The notes under the pieces: model-generated | Told to the model about the DNA's origin: nothing | The model's input: the letters and a program-made list of their open reading frames with translations, nothing else | Databases searched by the model: none | Program-made: the position numbers and the translations under genes | Source: a virus | Taxonomy: Duplodnaviria > Caudoviricetes | Virus record (IMG/VR): IMGVR_UViG_3300012346_000047 | Coordinates: 1 to 36,473 of that record | Direction: 5' to 3' (one strand) | DNA length: 36,473 nt | Part shown: positions 1 through 7,634 of the stretch, one piece after another | Layout of the letters: each line of letters starts with the position of its first letter | How positions within the stretch are numbered: the first letter of the stretch is position 1

Positions 1-348
1 AAGTGGGGCTGAAACGGTTTTGCGTGTGGGGTCGTTTGACTTTTTCACCGCCCCTCCCTCCGAGAATTTTTCATCCTCTTCAGGCCATCCATCCAAACCA
101 ATTTTTGGTTTTGGTTTGTACCCAAGATCGTCTAGCGTCTTTGTGTGATGACACTCTTTGCACAGCATCTGAAGATTGCCATCATCGTTTGTGCCGCCCT
201 TTGAGACTGGCACGATGTGGTCTAGTTCTTCAGCAAGCCGGACAATCCCTTTGGCTTTGCATGACAAGCATAGCGGAGATTCCATCATCTTCAGACGACG
301 AGTCTGTTGGAGCCGCCAACCAGTTAACCGATTATTGCTCTTAGAGAT
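1..348 (-). CDS. Packaging-associated HNH endonuclease (HK97 gp74-like); runs off the left edge; absent from the ORF track
   Basis: Manual translation: ...PLCLSCKAKGIVRLAEELDHIVPVSKGGTNDDGNLQMLCKECHHTKT...IGLDGWP; CxxC, DHIVP, GG, N, CxxCH pattern. The start is either ATC at 348 (GGAGG at 356-360) or ATG at 288. Confidence 0.9.
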   Translation of the reverse strand, partial: MSKSNNRLTGWRLQQTRRLKMMESPLCLSCKAKGIVRLAEELDHIVPVSKGGTNDDGNLQMLCKECHHTKTLDDLGYKPKPKIGLDGWPEEDEKFSEGGAVKKSNDPTRKTVSAPL

Positions 349-405
349 GATTAAACCTCCGCAAAGATAGTGGTCAACTTATGCGTATTCGCGCTTGACG
401 GTTGC

Positions 406-435
406 ATTCTATGCCACATCCAAATAACTTTGCAA
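406..435 (-). promoter_or_regulatory. Putative late promoter (pR'-like)
   Basis: TTGCAA-18 nt-TAGAAT overlapping the end of the Q-like gene and pointing into HNH and, on a circular map, the terminase/structural genes. Confidence 0.55.
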
Positions 436-780
436 CTGTTTTCTGCCATTACTAACAAAATCTTTCAATGTTTGTAAGTTAACTTTAAGGATTTTGCAAA
501 CCTTCGTAGGAGATGTGTTCTCCACATAGAACCATTTGAGGGCTATGCGGTTAACTGGGCTTAGGTTGCGCATGGCCTTCTCCAGTAGCTCGGCATCAGG
601 CAGGTCGATAGAAAAGCTGTTGGAGTTGCTGTTCCATACTTCAGTTGGACGATACCAACGAAACATTGGATGGACAGAGCCGTAGCCGCGCTTTGGGCGA
701 ACATACATAGCCCAATTCTTCAGTCTGCGATCTATCTTCTGTTCGCCATCTTGCAGGGCGAAGAAGTCAACATAATCCAT
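409..780 (-). CDS. Q-like antiterminator / late gene regulator
   Basis: N-terminal RLKNWA motif and C-terminal sigma-region-4-like HTH (LSPVNRIALKWFYVENTSPTKVCKILKVN); last gene before the late promoter. Confidence 0.7.
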   Translation of the reverse strand: MDYVDFFALQDGEQKIDRRLKNWAMYVRPKRGYGSVHPMFRWYRPTEVWNSNSNSFSIDLPDAELLEKAMRNLSPVNRIALKWFYVENTSPTKVCKILKVNLQTLKDFVSNGRKQLQSYLDVA

Positions 781-787
781 CTTAAGC

Positions 788-1585
788 CTATTGTTTCCAA
801 TGGTTAGCGAAAGCCTTGAGCGGGTAAAAGACTAAGGAGTTCCTGTATCCGCCTTCTATTGTGGGATGGATTGGTGTCACTCCATGCACATTACGCCACG
901 CAGGATACACCAACATTGAGTTATCCCTGCTGTCAACTGTTGCGTCATAGTCAGGTACGGTCGTATTGCCGCCTCTTGCGTTCTTTTTCTTGGCGATGAT
1001 CACATTGACACAGCCTTCAAGATTGGCGGCATCGCGGTGGAATGGCGCGGAGATATTGAAATTGCTAATGCTTGATGTGAACAGTTCACCAAAGCGGAAC
1101 TCAGGCGGCACTTCCTTCTCAATGATTTGCTTCTGCTGTGCATAAAGTTCAGGGGAAATATCCTGTATAAGCTTCTCTGATTCTTTGCAGAGCAAGAGCA
1201 TGGCCTTGACGAATGTATTGGCAGATTTGACCTGATGTACGCTAGAGATCGAGGGATACGGCCGCTTCATATGTGGCTTTGGTGGTATTGACCCGAGGAT
1301 TGTGCTGTACTGGCGAATCACCTGATACTGGTTCTTGCCGTTGGCATCCTGTCCCATTGGCTTCTTCCTGTCCATAAATGACTTTGGCACTCTGTCAGAT
1401 AGGAACTCGGCATTGGCAACATCCGCCAATTGTTTGATGCGGCCAGTCATCTCCTTGATGTAGAAGCCGATCACCTTGCCATCAGCCATGAAGATTGTGT
1501 CCTCTGTGACATTTGGCTCAATATCCCCGCATACATCCCCAATTTTCACGCTGTGTGCAATTTGCTTTAGCTCAACATAGTTCAT
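788..1585 (-). CDS. TET/JBP-family 2-oxoglutarate/Fe(II) 5-methylpyrimidine dioxygenase
   Basis: FTSSISNFN..H183-R-D185..N, GG, H234-GVTPI, R248-NSLVFY: the HxD...H...RxS triad with flanks typical of phage TET/JBP proteins. Confidence 0.88.
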   Translation of the reverse strand: MNYVELKQIAHSVKIGDVCGDIEPNVTEDTIFMADGKVIGFYIKEMTGRIKQLADVANAEFLSDRVPKSFMDRKKPMGQDANGKNQYQVIRQYSTILGSIPPKPHMKRPYPSISSVHQVKSANTFVKAMLLLCKESEKLIQDISPELYAQQKQIIEKEVPPEFRFGELFTSSISNFNISAPFHRDAANLEGCVNVIIAKKKNARGGNTTVPDYDATVDSRDNSMLVYPAWRNVHGVTPIHPTIEGGYRNSLVFYPLKAFANHWKQ

Positions 1586-2310
1586 AACTGTTCCTTCACA
1601 ACATTCTTCACCATTTGTATCTCTGTGTATTGGGATTTCCTGTTCGCATTTATAGAAAAAATATCAGGATACAGCTTGCACAGCATTAAAGATGCTTGGC
1701 GTTCTAGGCTTGCTCGGTCTGCTATGTCTTGCATCCCGCCTTGATTCTTGTAATTGTTTGTCAGGCAGGAAATGAAATTGAAACGCGCAATATTACCCAT
1801 GTATTTGTAATACTTAACGCTTCTTTCGTAATCTGTTTTTGTTTTCAGTTGGCACAAAACCCGATGATCTTTGGTCGATCGGAAGCCAAACAAGTTCGCC
1901 ACGATGTATGTCGCGCCAATGTCGATCGTCTTGCTCATGAAAAATTTGTTTGAGCTTGGATAGACACCGAAAGAATTGATTTTTTTATTGTTGCAGTAGT
2001 TGATGATGAAAGAGAACAGTTTTTGCAGATTCTTTGTCATCAGTGATTGGATTTGTTTTATGTCATCTTCAATGACAATGACAAAGACTCCAACATCGAA
2101 ATAATTTTGGATGTAATTGAATTTGTCAGTTGCGTTATCTGTTTCGCACAGCACTAGGTTGTAATCAGGGCAAACTTCCATGTACTTGGACATATCTTCC
2201 TCATCGCTGATGAACAAATAAATGTCTTTCTTGTCAAACTCTGTGAGTAAACTCAAAGTCAGTTTGTTGATCGTGTCTGATCGCCTATGCGTTGGTATTG
2301 CAATCTTCAT
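1582..2310 (-). CDS. TET-associated GT-A glycosyltransferase (TAGT / GREB1-C-like)
   Basis: MKIAIPTHRR start, VIVIEDD motif, KTDYERS, NQGGMQ; adjacent to TET. Start reassigned to ATG 2310 (ATGA overlap). Confidence 0.8.
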   Translation of the reverse strand: MKIAIPTHRRSDTINKLTLSLLTEFDKKDIYLFISDEEDMSKYMEVCPDYNLVLCETDNATDKFNYIQNYFDVGVFVIVIEDDIKQIQSLMTKNLQKLFSFIINYCNNKKINSFGVYPSSNKFFMSKTIDIGATYIVANLFGFRSTKDHRVLCQLKTKTDYERSVKYYKYMGNIARFNFISCLTNNYKNQGGMQDIADRASLERQASLMLCKLYPDIFSINANRKSQYTEIQMVKNVVKEQL

Positions 2311-3245
2311 ATCAAATCTGCCATGTTGTTTACGATAGAGATATATTTGGCGTTGTATTTGCAAACGCGCAAGCCTTCAGCGATTGCAAATTTGATTACA
2401 TCTTTGCCGTAGTGATCAGCGATCTTGGCGGCCTCTGCATAGTTACGCTCGTAGGCCAACAAACTAAAAAACGCTTTTCCCGCATCTGTCATGTAACTGC
2501 CGAACACGCCTTTGTAGTTCGGATCAATACAGAATATTTTGCTATCTTGGACAAGAATATTTGTTGTTGACAGATCGCCATGAAAGAAAGATGGTTGATG
2601 CTCTTCTAAAGACGCAACAATTCTCTTCACATCTTGCGTTTCATACTCAATTGTTGGAATATTTCGCGTATAGGAATCAAATAGCGAATTTTCAATTGAT
2701 TTATTCTTGTATGACTCAATCAAATCAATGATCTGATGCGCTGTAGGCTTCTGATGGCCGTTTATTCGCTCAAGAATGATCATTTCATCGTTGCAGAACA
2801 ATATTTTTGGCGTCTGAACAATATTTTCAGACATCTTGTACCAACGAAATTCAAGTTCTGCGTTTTTTGTGTGCTTGATAACTGTGCTGTCTGTGAAAAT
2901 CAGTTTATTGCGTGTGAATGGACTCAGAATGCTTGAAAAATCAGCATCTTGGCTCACAGTCATGTCATCAATGTAAATTGCTCCGTATTCTTTGTTGAAA
3001 GAAATGCAATCGTGCGGTACAGCATGGATGTTTAGCCAAGTTTGAATATCTTTGTGATATTTTTCAATCTTTTGTTTCTCTGTCAGGCCAAAGCGCGAGC
3101 CACGCGCTGTAACAATTTTGATTGTTGGATTTATTGTGCTTTTCAAATCCTGCAATCGTTTGATCAGCGCAAGATTTGGCACTCTGTCCATGATGCGGCT
3201 GTGTCCGATTGCCAATGTTCCATCAAAATCAACAACAACGATCAT
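2307..3245 (-). CDS. Fusion of HAD phosphatase (capsule-biosynthesis type) and APH/choline-kinase-like phosphotransferase
   Basis: N-half: VVDFDGTL, VTARG, K, YIDD (HAD motifs). C-half: HGDLSTTNIL..IDPN (kinase catalytic loop and metal site). Confidence 0.85.
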   Translation of the reverse strand: MIVVVDFDGTLAIGHSRIMDRVPNLALIKRLQDLKSTINPTIKIVTARGSRFGLTEKQKIEKYHKDIQTWLNIHAVPHDCISFNKEYGAIYIDDMTVSQDADFSSILSPFTRNKLIFTDSTVIKHTKNAELEFRWYKMSENIVQTPKILFCNDEMIILERINGHQKPTAHQIIDLIESYKNKSIENSLFDSYTRNIPTIEYETQDVKRIVASLEEHQPSFFHGDLSTTNILVQDSKIFCIDPNYKGVFGSYMTDAGKAFFSLLAYERNYAEAAKIADHYGKDVIKFAIAEGLRVCKYNAKYISIVNNMADLI

Positions 3246-3763
3246 AGAGCCTCAAAATAATCTTCCACATCACCTAATTTGATGAATGTGTTTTCTTGGA
3301 TAACTTTCGCCCCAATCATTCCAGATGCCAAGCTGTTGTCATCTTTCATTGAGTCCAATAAAGCCGCCATTGATTTGACAAAATATATGCCACTACATTT
3401 GTCTTTGGATATGCTATTTTTCTCATCAACGGCCATCAAGCGGCCATCTTCAATCAAAATTGAGCCGTATTTTGGTTTGTCGCTTCTGAAATAAAACAAA
3501 GTATCTTCTTCAAAATTCAGATTCGGCACTCCAAATGGAATGATGTCGCAATCAACAATTAAACAATCTTTTTCATTGGCAATTTCGGCAAGCGTTTCTC
3601 TTCTGCTGTTCGTTTTTTTGTCGCCTAGCAAGTTCGCATACGGAAAAATGCTGAATATATGTTGAATGATGCGTTTGTCTTTGTAATAAATAAATTGTTT
3701 ATCAACAGGACTGATGTTTTTCATCCTTGTCCCTGATCCGCCAATCGTTACAAAAACTTTCAT
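3242..3763 (-). CDS. Sugar-phosphate nucleotidyltransferase (NTP_transferase family)
   Basis: GGSGTRM..SPVDKQ signature, IVDCD, EK, SGIYF, LGDVED. Start reassigned to ATG 3763 (ATGA overlap). Confidence 0.85.
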   Translation of the reverse strand: MKVFVTIGGSGTRMKNISPVDKQFIYYKDKRIIQHIFSIFPYANLLGDKKTNSRRETLAEIANEKDCLIVDCDIIPFGVPNLNFEEDTLFYFRSDKPKYGSILIEDGRLMAVDEKNSISKDKCSGIYFVKSMAALLDSMKDDNSLASGMIGAKVIQENTFIKLGDVEDYFEAL

Positions 3764-4365
3764 ACTTTGGATTTTTGTTTCCGCAGGAAATCCAAGATCA
3801 TGTAGCCAATATAAGCGTTCTGTCCGCGCCAATATTTAACTAATTCTTGCGCCTCTTCGTAGTGTTCAGGCTCAAATTCAATCTGAATGGCTTTTTTCAC
3901 GCCATCAGCCATGTCTTGAATTTTCTCGTCAACATCCTCGTCATCTAGGACAGAATAATCAATTGCGCTTTTGACCAGTTCAGATTCATCAAAACCGAGC
4001 AATTCAATTTCAAAATCACAATTTTTCAATTCCTCAATTTCCAAACCGAGGATATCCATGTCCCATCCCGCGTTCAGGGCAAGTTTGTTGTCAGCAATGA
4101 CATAAGCCTTCTTCTGCGTTGCTGTGAGATGGGAAATCTCAATTGTTGGCACAGTATCCAATTTGAGCAAACGAGCCGCCATCACACGGCCATGCCCTGC
4201 CAAGATGCCATTCTCACCATCCAAGAGGACAGGATTGGTGAAACCAAACTCCCTGATACTTGCGGCCAATTGCGCGACTTGTGACTCGGAGTGTGTGCGG
4301 CTGTTCAGAGCGTATGGAATAAGCTCCTCAGTCGCCTTATATTTGATTGCCAATTTATTTGTCAT
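3760..4365 (-). CDS. ParB/sulfiredoxin N-terminal domain protein without a methyltransferase domain
   Basis: LIPYALNSRTHS..SIREFGFTNPVL..AGHGRVMAA..YVIADNKLA..WD; short acidic/helical tail. Confidence 0.9.
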   Translation of the reverse strand: MTNKLAIKYKATEELIPYALNSRTHSESQVAQLAASIREFGFTNPVLLDGENGILAGHGRVMAARLLKLDTVPTIEISHLTATQKKAYVIADNKLALNAGWDMDILGLEIEELKNCDFEIELLGFDESELVKSAIDYSVLDDEDVDEKIQDMADGVKKAIQIEFEPEHYEEAQELVKYWRGQNAYIGYMILDFLRKQKSKV

Positions 4366-4389
4366 GTTCACCTTCAGATTAGATAAGGA

Positions 4390-4418
4390 ATCTTAGCATA
4401 CAGCTTATATATTCCCAA
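4390..4418 (-). promoter_or_regulatory. Putative sigma70 promoter for the DNA-modification operon
   Basis: TTGGGA-17 nt-TAAGAT with extended -10 TG, about 25 nt upstream of the ParB start. Confidence 0.55.
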
Positions 4419-4468
4419 ATAGGCCACCCCCTCAAATTTTTTTGGCGTAGCGTTAACCCCGCCCCCCC

Positions 4469-4816
4469 TCATCGTTCTTTGTCAAAATAATTCTGCAAAT
4501 CAGGAACAGGAATGTCATGCGGCCAAAGTTGTAGCATCACCAAACGCTGTACCGTCTTGCGATGCGCCTTCTGCCAAAGAATTTGTCGCTCTTCTTTGGA
4601 TAAGTTGCTACCCTGATCAATTTCCATGTGGCATCTGTAACAAAGACTGGCGATCAGGTTGTCATCCGCCTTGATAGAACGCCCCTTGCCTCCGCCAAAG
4701 TTTGTATGTGCGGCAACGACTGTGCCATCATCAGCACCACAATGCTGACAGGCGATTTCCCTCGCGTTGCGTAGCAATGCAGTACTTCTGATGTATTTAT
4801 GTTTTGGGAATCTCAT
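4469..4816 (-). CDS. Zn-binding HNH-like nuclease (YbcO/DUF1364-like)
   Basis: ACQHCG..TVVAAH..GKGRSIKADD..LCYRCHMEID. Confidence 0.7.
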   Translation of the reverse strand: MRFPKHKYIRSTALLRNAREIACQHCGADDGTVVAAHTNFGGGKGRSIKADDNLIASLCYRCHMEIDQGSNLSKEERQILWQKAHRKTVQRLVMLQLWPHDIPVPDLQNYFDKER

Positions 4817-5271
4817 CTGATTTCAACAACTCTGTCGTTCTTTGATTTGATGTGGTTTTTGGTTTTCTGAATCATTTTTTCAAACTCGCATCTTGGGATA
4901 CTTGCCTGTTGCAGATCGGCATATTCCAATAAATCCCTGATCGCTTGAATTCCAAGACCACTCAGACCCATCTTCTTGCTCTGTTCGTAGCGTATCGCAG
5001 ACTCATGTAATGCGGATTGCGCTTTTTGGCAAGTCTCCAAGGCTTCGTGTCCTATGCCATTCGTGGCCATCATCTCGGTCAGATTCAAAACATCCACCAA
5101 AGTCCGCCAATCTTGCACAGTACCCATGCCGCGAATCATTGCGTCCAATGCCGTAAGCTCAGACAAACGCAATTTGTCCAAGTCTCTGCGGTCAATCATT
5201 GCCACGCCTGTTATCGCGTAATCAATTGGATTGACCAAACTCCAAATTTTTCTTTTAGTTTTTTTTCGCAT
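4813..5271 (-). CDS. Hypothetical helical protein
   Basis: ORF coupled to the downstream gene by an ATGA overlap; start reassigned to MRKKTKRK. Confidence 0.7.
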   Translation of the reverse strand: MRKKTKRKIWSLVNPIDYAITGVAMIDRRDLDKLRLSELTALDAMIRGMGTVQDWRTLVDVLNLTEMMATNGIGHEALETCQKAQSALHESAIRYEQSKKMGLSGLGIQAIRDLLEYADLQQASIPRCEFEKMIQKTKNHIKSKNDRVVEIR

Positions 5272-5278
5272 GATCTGA

Positions 5279-5437
5279 TTATTTTTTTTTGGATGCTTGA
5301 ACCATTCCCGCAACAGTGAAACCAAAAAGAAGAAAAGCGAACCGACCAAACTCAGTCCACTCAGATGGGTCAAATTGCCAATTGATAAAAGTTGCAAAAA
5401 TATATGCAACGCAAAATGAGATTAAAAGCGTTTTCAT
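5279..5437 (-). CDS. Small two-TM membrane protein (52 aa; not in track)
   Basis: MKTLLISFCVAYIFATFINWQFDPSEWTEFGRFAFLLFGFTVAGMVQASKKK; ATGA overlap with the upstream gene. Confidence 0.65.
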   Translation of the reverse strand: MKTLLISFCVAYIFATFINWQFDPSEWTEFGRFAFLLFGFTVAGMVQASKKK

Positions 5438-5604
5438 TTCATTGGCCTCCATTGTTTGAGTGGCTGAATTTTTTTGGTTGAATAAAAATGAATCAGAAAA
5501 TCAATTGTCTGCGCATAGGTCAATTCAATGCCCATGTCTGATTGAATCTGTGCGCGAATAGCGTCAATGTTTTTTGTAATTGGGATTGTGATTCTTTTAG
5601 ACAT
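5434..5604 (-). CDS. Small hypothetical protein, possibly a ribbon-helix-helix-like DNA binder
   Basis: MSKRITIPITKNIDAIRAQIQSDMGIELTYAQTIDFLIHFY; strand-helix-helix pattern; overlaps its neighbours. Confidence 0.55.
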   Translation of the reverse strand: MSKRITIPITKNIDAIRAQIQSDMGIELTYAQTIDFLIHFYSTKKIQPLKQWRPMK

Positions 5605-5815
5605 TCTGCAATCCATCCATGTACAAATCTGCCCCTGCTTTGGCAAGCTCATCTAAAAATGCTTCTGTAAAACAACCACCGATTTCTGTGTCCCCGAGTT
5701 TGATAGAAACAATGCTTCTATCGAAAGTTGAATCTTCATCTCTGTCAAATTCAACTTCAACATAAACTAACTCTCTACCTTCACCAATCCTTGTGATGTA
5801 TTTGAAGTTGTACAT
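5597..5815 (-). CDS. Small acidic hypothetical protein
   Basis: MYNFKYITR...; AGGGG RBS; tightly packed. Confidence 0.6.
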   Translation of the reverse strand: MYNFKYITRIGEGRELVYVEVEFDRDEDSTFDRSIVSIKLGDTEIGGCFTEAFLDELAKAGADLYMDGLQNV

Positions 5816-5817
5816 CT

Positions 5818-6234
5818 TTATTCCCCTTTTGTTGAAAAAATTATTCCGTTGGTTGCACTCCATGCTTCCAACCATTCTATAAATTCGCTTGCATCCTCTT
5901 TTGAGAATCTGCGCGACTGCATCCCAAGTTGAACAATTCGTTCTCCGTCTAAACTTTGAACGAGCCGCCCAATCTTGCGATCTGTTTCATTTGCCCATTG
6001 ATCAATCAACAGACGCTTGAAATCTTCGGAACTCCATCGGCTTCCGATGTGCTGTGCTTGCTTGGAAATTTCGCCAATCATCGCGTGATATTTTTCTTCT
6101 TGGTCGCGGCTTTTTTTCTCAGGCTTAATTTCAATTGAAAGTTTCCTTCCCGCTTGCAAAGCTGTTTTCACCTTAGGCCATAAAGTTTGCATCAAAGATG
6201 TTGCTTGCTCTGCTGATTCAAGGTGATAAATCAT
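5818..6234 (-). CDS. ninB: NinB/Orf-family recombination protein
   Basis: KSRDQEEKYHAMIGEISKQ..WSSEDFKRLL..SRRFSKEDASEFIEWLEAW..NGIIFS. Confidence 0.85.
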   Translation of the reverse strand: MIYHLESAEQATSLMQTLWPKVKTALQAGRKLSIEIKPEKKSRDQEEKYHAMIGEISKQAQHIGSRWSSEDFKRLLIDQWANETDRKIGRLVQSLDGERIVQLGMQSRRFSKEDASEFIEWLEAWSATNGIIFSTKGE

Positions 6235-6497
6235 TTTGCCACTCCAATCATTCTCAATGCGGCTTCCACGCCATCAACTCTACAAACTGTGCCACCAGTC
6301 CAATTCAAAAAGAAATCGCTCTGCAAATCTGTCAAACGCTTTTTTGAATTTGTTTTTATTTCCATCAAGAATGAATGGCCGTTGTAACCAACAAGCAAAT
6401 CAACAGGCAAACCGATAATCCAAACATACGCGCCTACATCGCGCAATGCTTTGACAATCTCCGCCTGATTTGCGTCCACTCTTGCGGCATATCTCAT
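6231..6497 (-). CDS. PD-(D/E)XK nuclease (VRR-NUC / resolvase-like)
   Basis: AARVDANQAEIVKALR..PVDLLVGY..LMEIK..LTDLQ. Confidence 0.8.
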   Translation of the reverse strand: MRYAARVDANQAEIVKALRDVGAYVWIIGLPVDLLVGYNGHSFLMEIKTNSKKRLTDLQSDFFLNWTGGTVCRVDGVEAALRMIGVAK

Positions 6498-6670
6498 TTT
6501 TCTTTTCTCGCAATAATGACACCGATACATTCTTTGACGGCTTCATTGTGTATGACAGCGTCCCGCGATGTTGGCATCTGACTAGTTGTAACAAAGCATC
6601 TGAGCATTTCAATAACGCATTCTTCGCGTTCTTTTAGCAACAATGCATCAATGTCAATTTCTTGTGGCAT
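6494..6670 (-). CDS. Hypothetical protein (58 aa; not in track)
   Basis: MPQEIDIDALLLKEREECVIEMLRCF..IIARKEK; fills the gap and has an ATGA overlap downstream. Confidence 0.6.
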   Translation of the reverse strand: MPQEIDIDALLLKEREECVIEMLRCFVTTSQMPTSRDAVIHNEAVKECIGVIIARKEK

Positions 6671-6860
6671 TGTTTTTCCTTTGTATGTTCATTCTTCTGC
6701 GCAAATCATCAGCCGCTGATTGCCCACGCTTTCGCGCTATGTCCGACAATGTTTTCAGCCACCACTCTAAGGCTTCGCCCTTGCCTTCTTCCAGTTGCTT
6801 CTTCCTGTACCTTGCAATCCACTCCCGCGCTTCGCTGTCTTTGAGGTGTTCCTTGTCCAT
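6654..6860 (-). CDS. Hypothetical protein
   Basis: MDKEHLKDSEAREWIAR..KRGQSAADDLRRRM. Confidence 0.65.
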   Translation of the reverse strand: MDKEHLKDSEAREWIARYRKKQLEEGKGEALEWWLKTLSDIARKRGQSAADDLRRRMNIQRKNNATRN

Positions 6861-6963
6861 CAATATCACCTGTTGCTTCTAATGCTTGATTGATAATTTT
6901 TTCAGGATAACAAGTTCCATCAGCGACCCTGTCTAATATCCGCATGGCATCAAAATAATTCAT
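6709..6963 (-). CDS. Hypothetical protein
   Basis: MNYFDAMRILDRVADG..ALEATGD; the 3' half overlaps the next gene by about 150 nt and may be non-functional read-through. Confidence 0.5.
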   Translation of the reverse strand: MNYFDAMRILDRVADGTCYPEKIINQALEATGDIDGQGTPQRQRSAGVDCKVQEEATGRRQGRSLRVVAENIVGHSAKAWAISG

Positions 6964-6964
6964 T

Positions 6965-7195
6965 TCAAAATTCATCCTTGTCTTCATACCATTGCGCAAC
7001 AGTTTTCGGCTTCAGGTCAGGCAATGATGTAAACGCTTTTTTTTGTGGGCGGCTGTTTTGCCATTGATGATGTGAGCATTTCGGCTTCTCGCCATCACAA
7101 TGAACTGCCCATCTGCGGCCACAGCCATCAACAGAGCAGTAAATTGAAAATTCAAATTCTTCTTTGCGTTTTGATTCAGGTTTAGCGAAGCTCAT
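6965..7195 (-). CDS. Small Cys/His-rich (Zn-finger-like) protein
   Basis: CSVDGC..CDGEKPKCSHH; ATGA overlap at the start. Confidence 0.65.
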   Translation of the reverse strand: MSFAKPESKRKEEFEFSIYCSVDGCGRRWAVHCDGEKPKCSHHQWQNSRPQKKAFTSLPDLKPKTVAQWYEDKDEF

Positions 7196-7386
7196 ACTTT
7201 GGCCTTTTGTGTCATTCGGTTTTGTTTCAAATTTTTGCCTGTTATTTTTTTGTTCCAACAGACTTGGCAAATCCATTTTGCACCCATCTCAATACCACCT
7301 TCAGGCGGCTTAGATGTTTCACATTTGGTGCAGAGTTTGAATTTATTTGTTGAAAAATTCGAGCCAATATCAATTTGCGGCATCAT
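7192..7386 (-). CDS. Small Zn-ribbon protein
   Basis: CTKC...CQVC. Confidence 0.7.
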   Translation of the reverse strand: MMPQIDIGSNFSTNKFKLCTKCETSKPPEGGIEMGAKWICQVCWNKKITGKNLKQNRMTQKAKV

Positions 7387-7486
7387 TTTTTTTATCCTCT
7401 ATTTTTGTTTCTGCTAATGCTTTTAAAAAAGGAATAAGCAATGCAAAAAATACTCCTATCAACATATATCCGATAGCTTCAGTCAT
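7370..7486 (-). CDS. Single-TM micropeptide (38 aa; not in track)
   Basis: GGAGG RBS; MTEAIGYMLIGVFFALLIPFLKALAETKIEDKKNDAAN. Confidence 0.6.
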   Translation of the reverse strand: MTEAIGYMLIGVFFALLIPFLKALAETKIEDKKNDAAN

Positions 7487-7634
7487 ATAACCTCCACAAA
7501 AAACCAATTCCAAAAATCATCAACCATGCTGATGGATCAGTTGGCGGGAATCCTGTCATTGTCAAACTACCAATCAATACGCAAGATATTCCGAAAACCA
7601 ATAGCGCCAATCTAGCTAATTCGTATTTGGTCAT
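7479..7634 (-). CDS. Two-TM small protein (51 aa; not in track)
   Basis: GAGG RBS; MTKYELARLALLVFGISCVLIGSLTMTGFPPTDPSAWLMIFGIGFLWRLYD. Confidence 0.6.
   Translation of the reverse strand: MTKYELARLALLVFGISCVLIGSLTMTGFPPTDPSAWLMIFGIGFLWRLYD

Noticed and set aside
3-370. Plus-strand ORFs 3-344 and 176-370
   Set aside because: Antisense shadows of the clear HNH gene on the minus strand.
4421-4470. C-rich tract CCGCCCCCCCTC resembling 48-60 (second cos-like site or G-quadruplex)
   Set aside because: Short low-complexity match; insufficient evidence.
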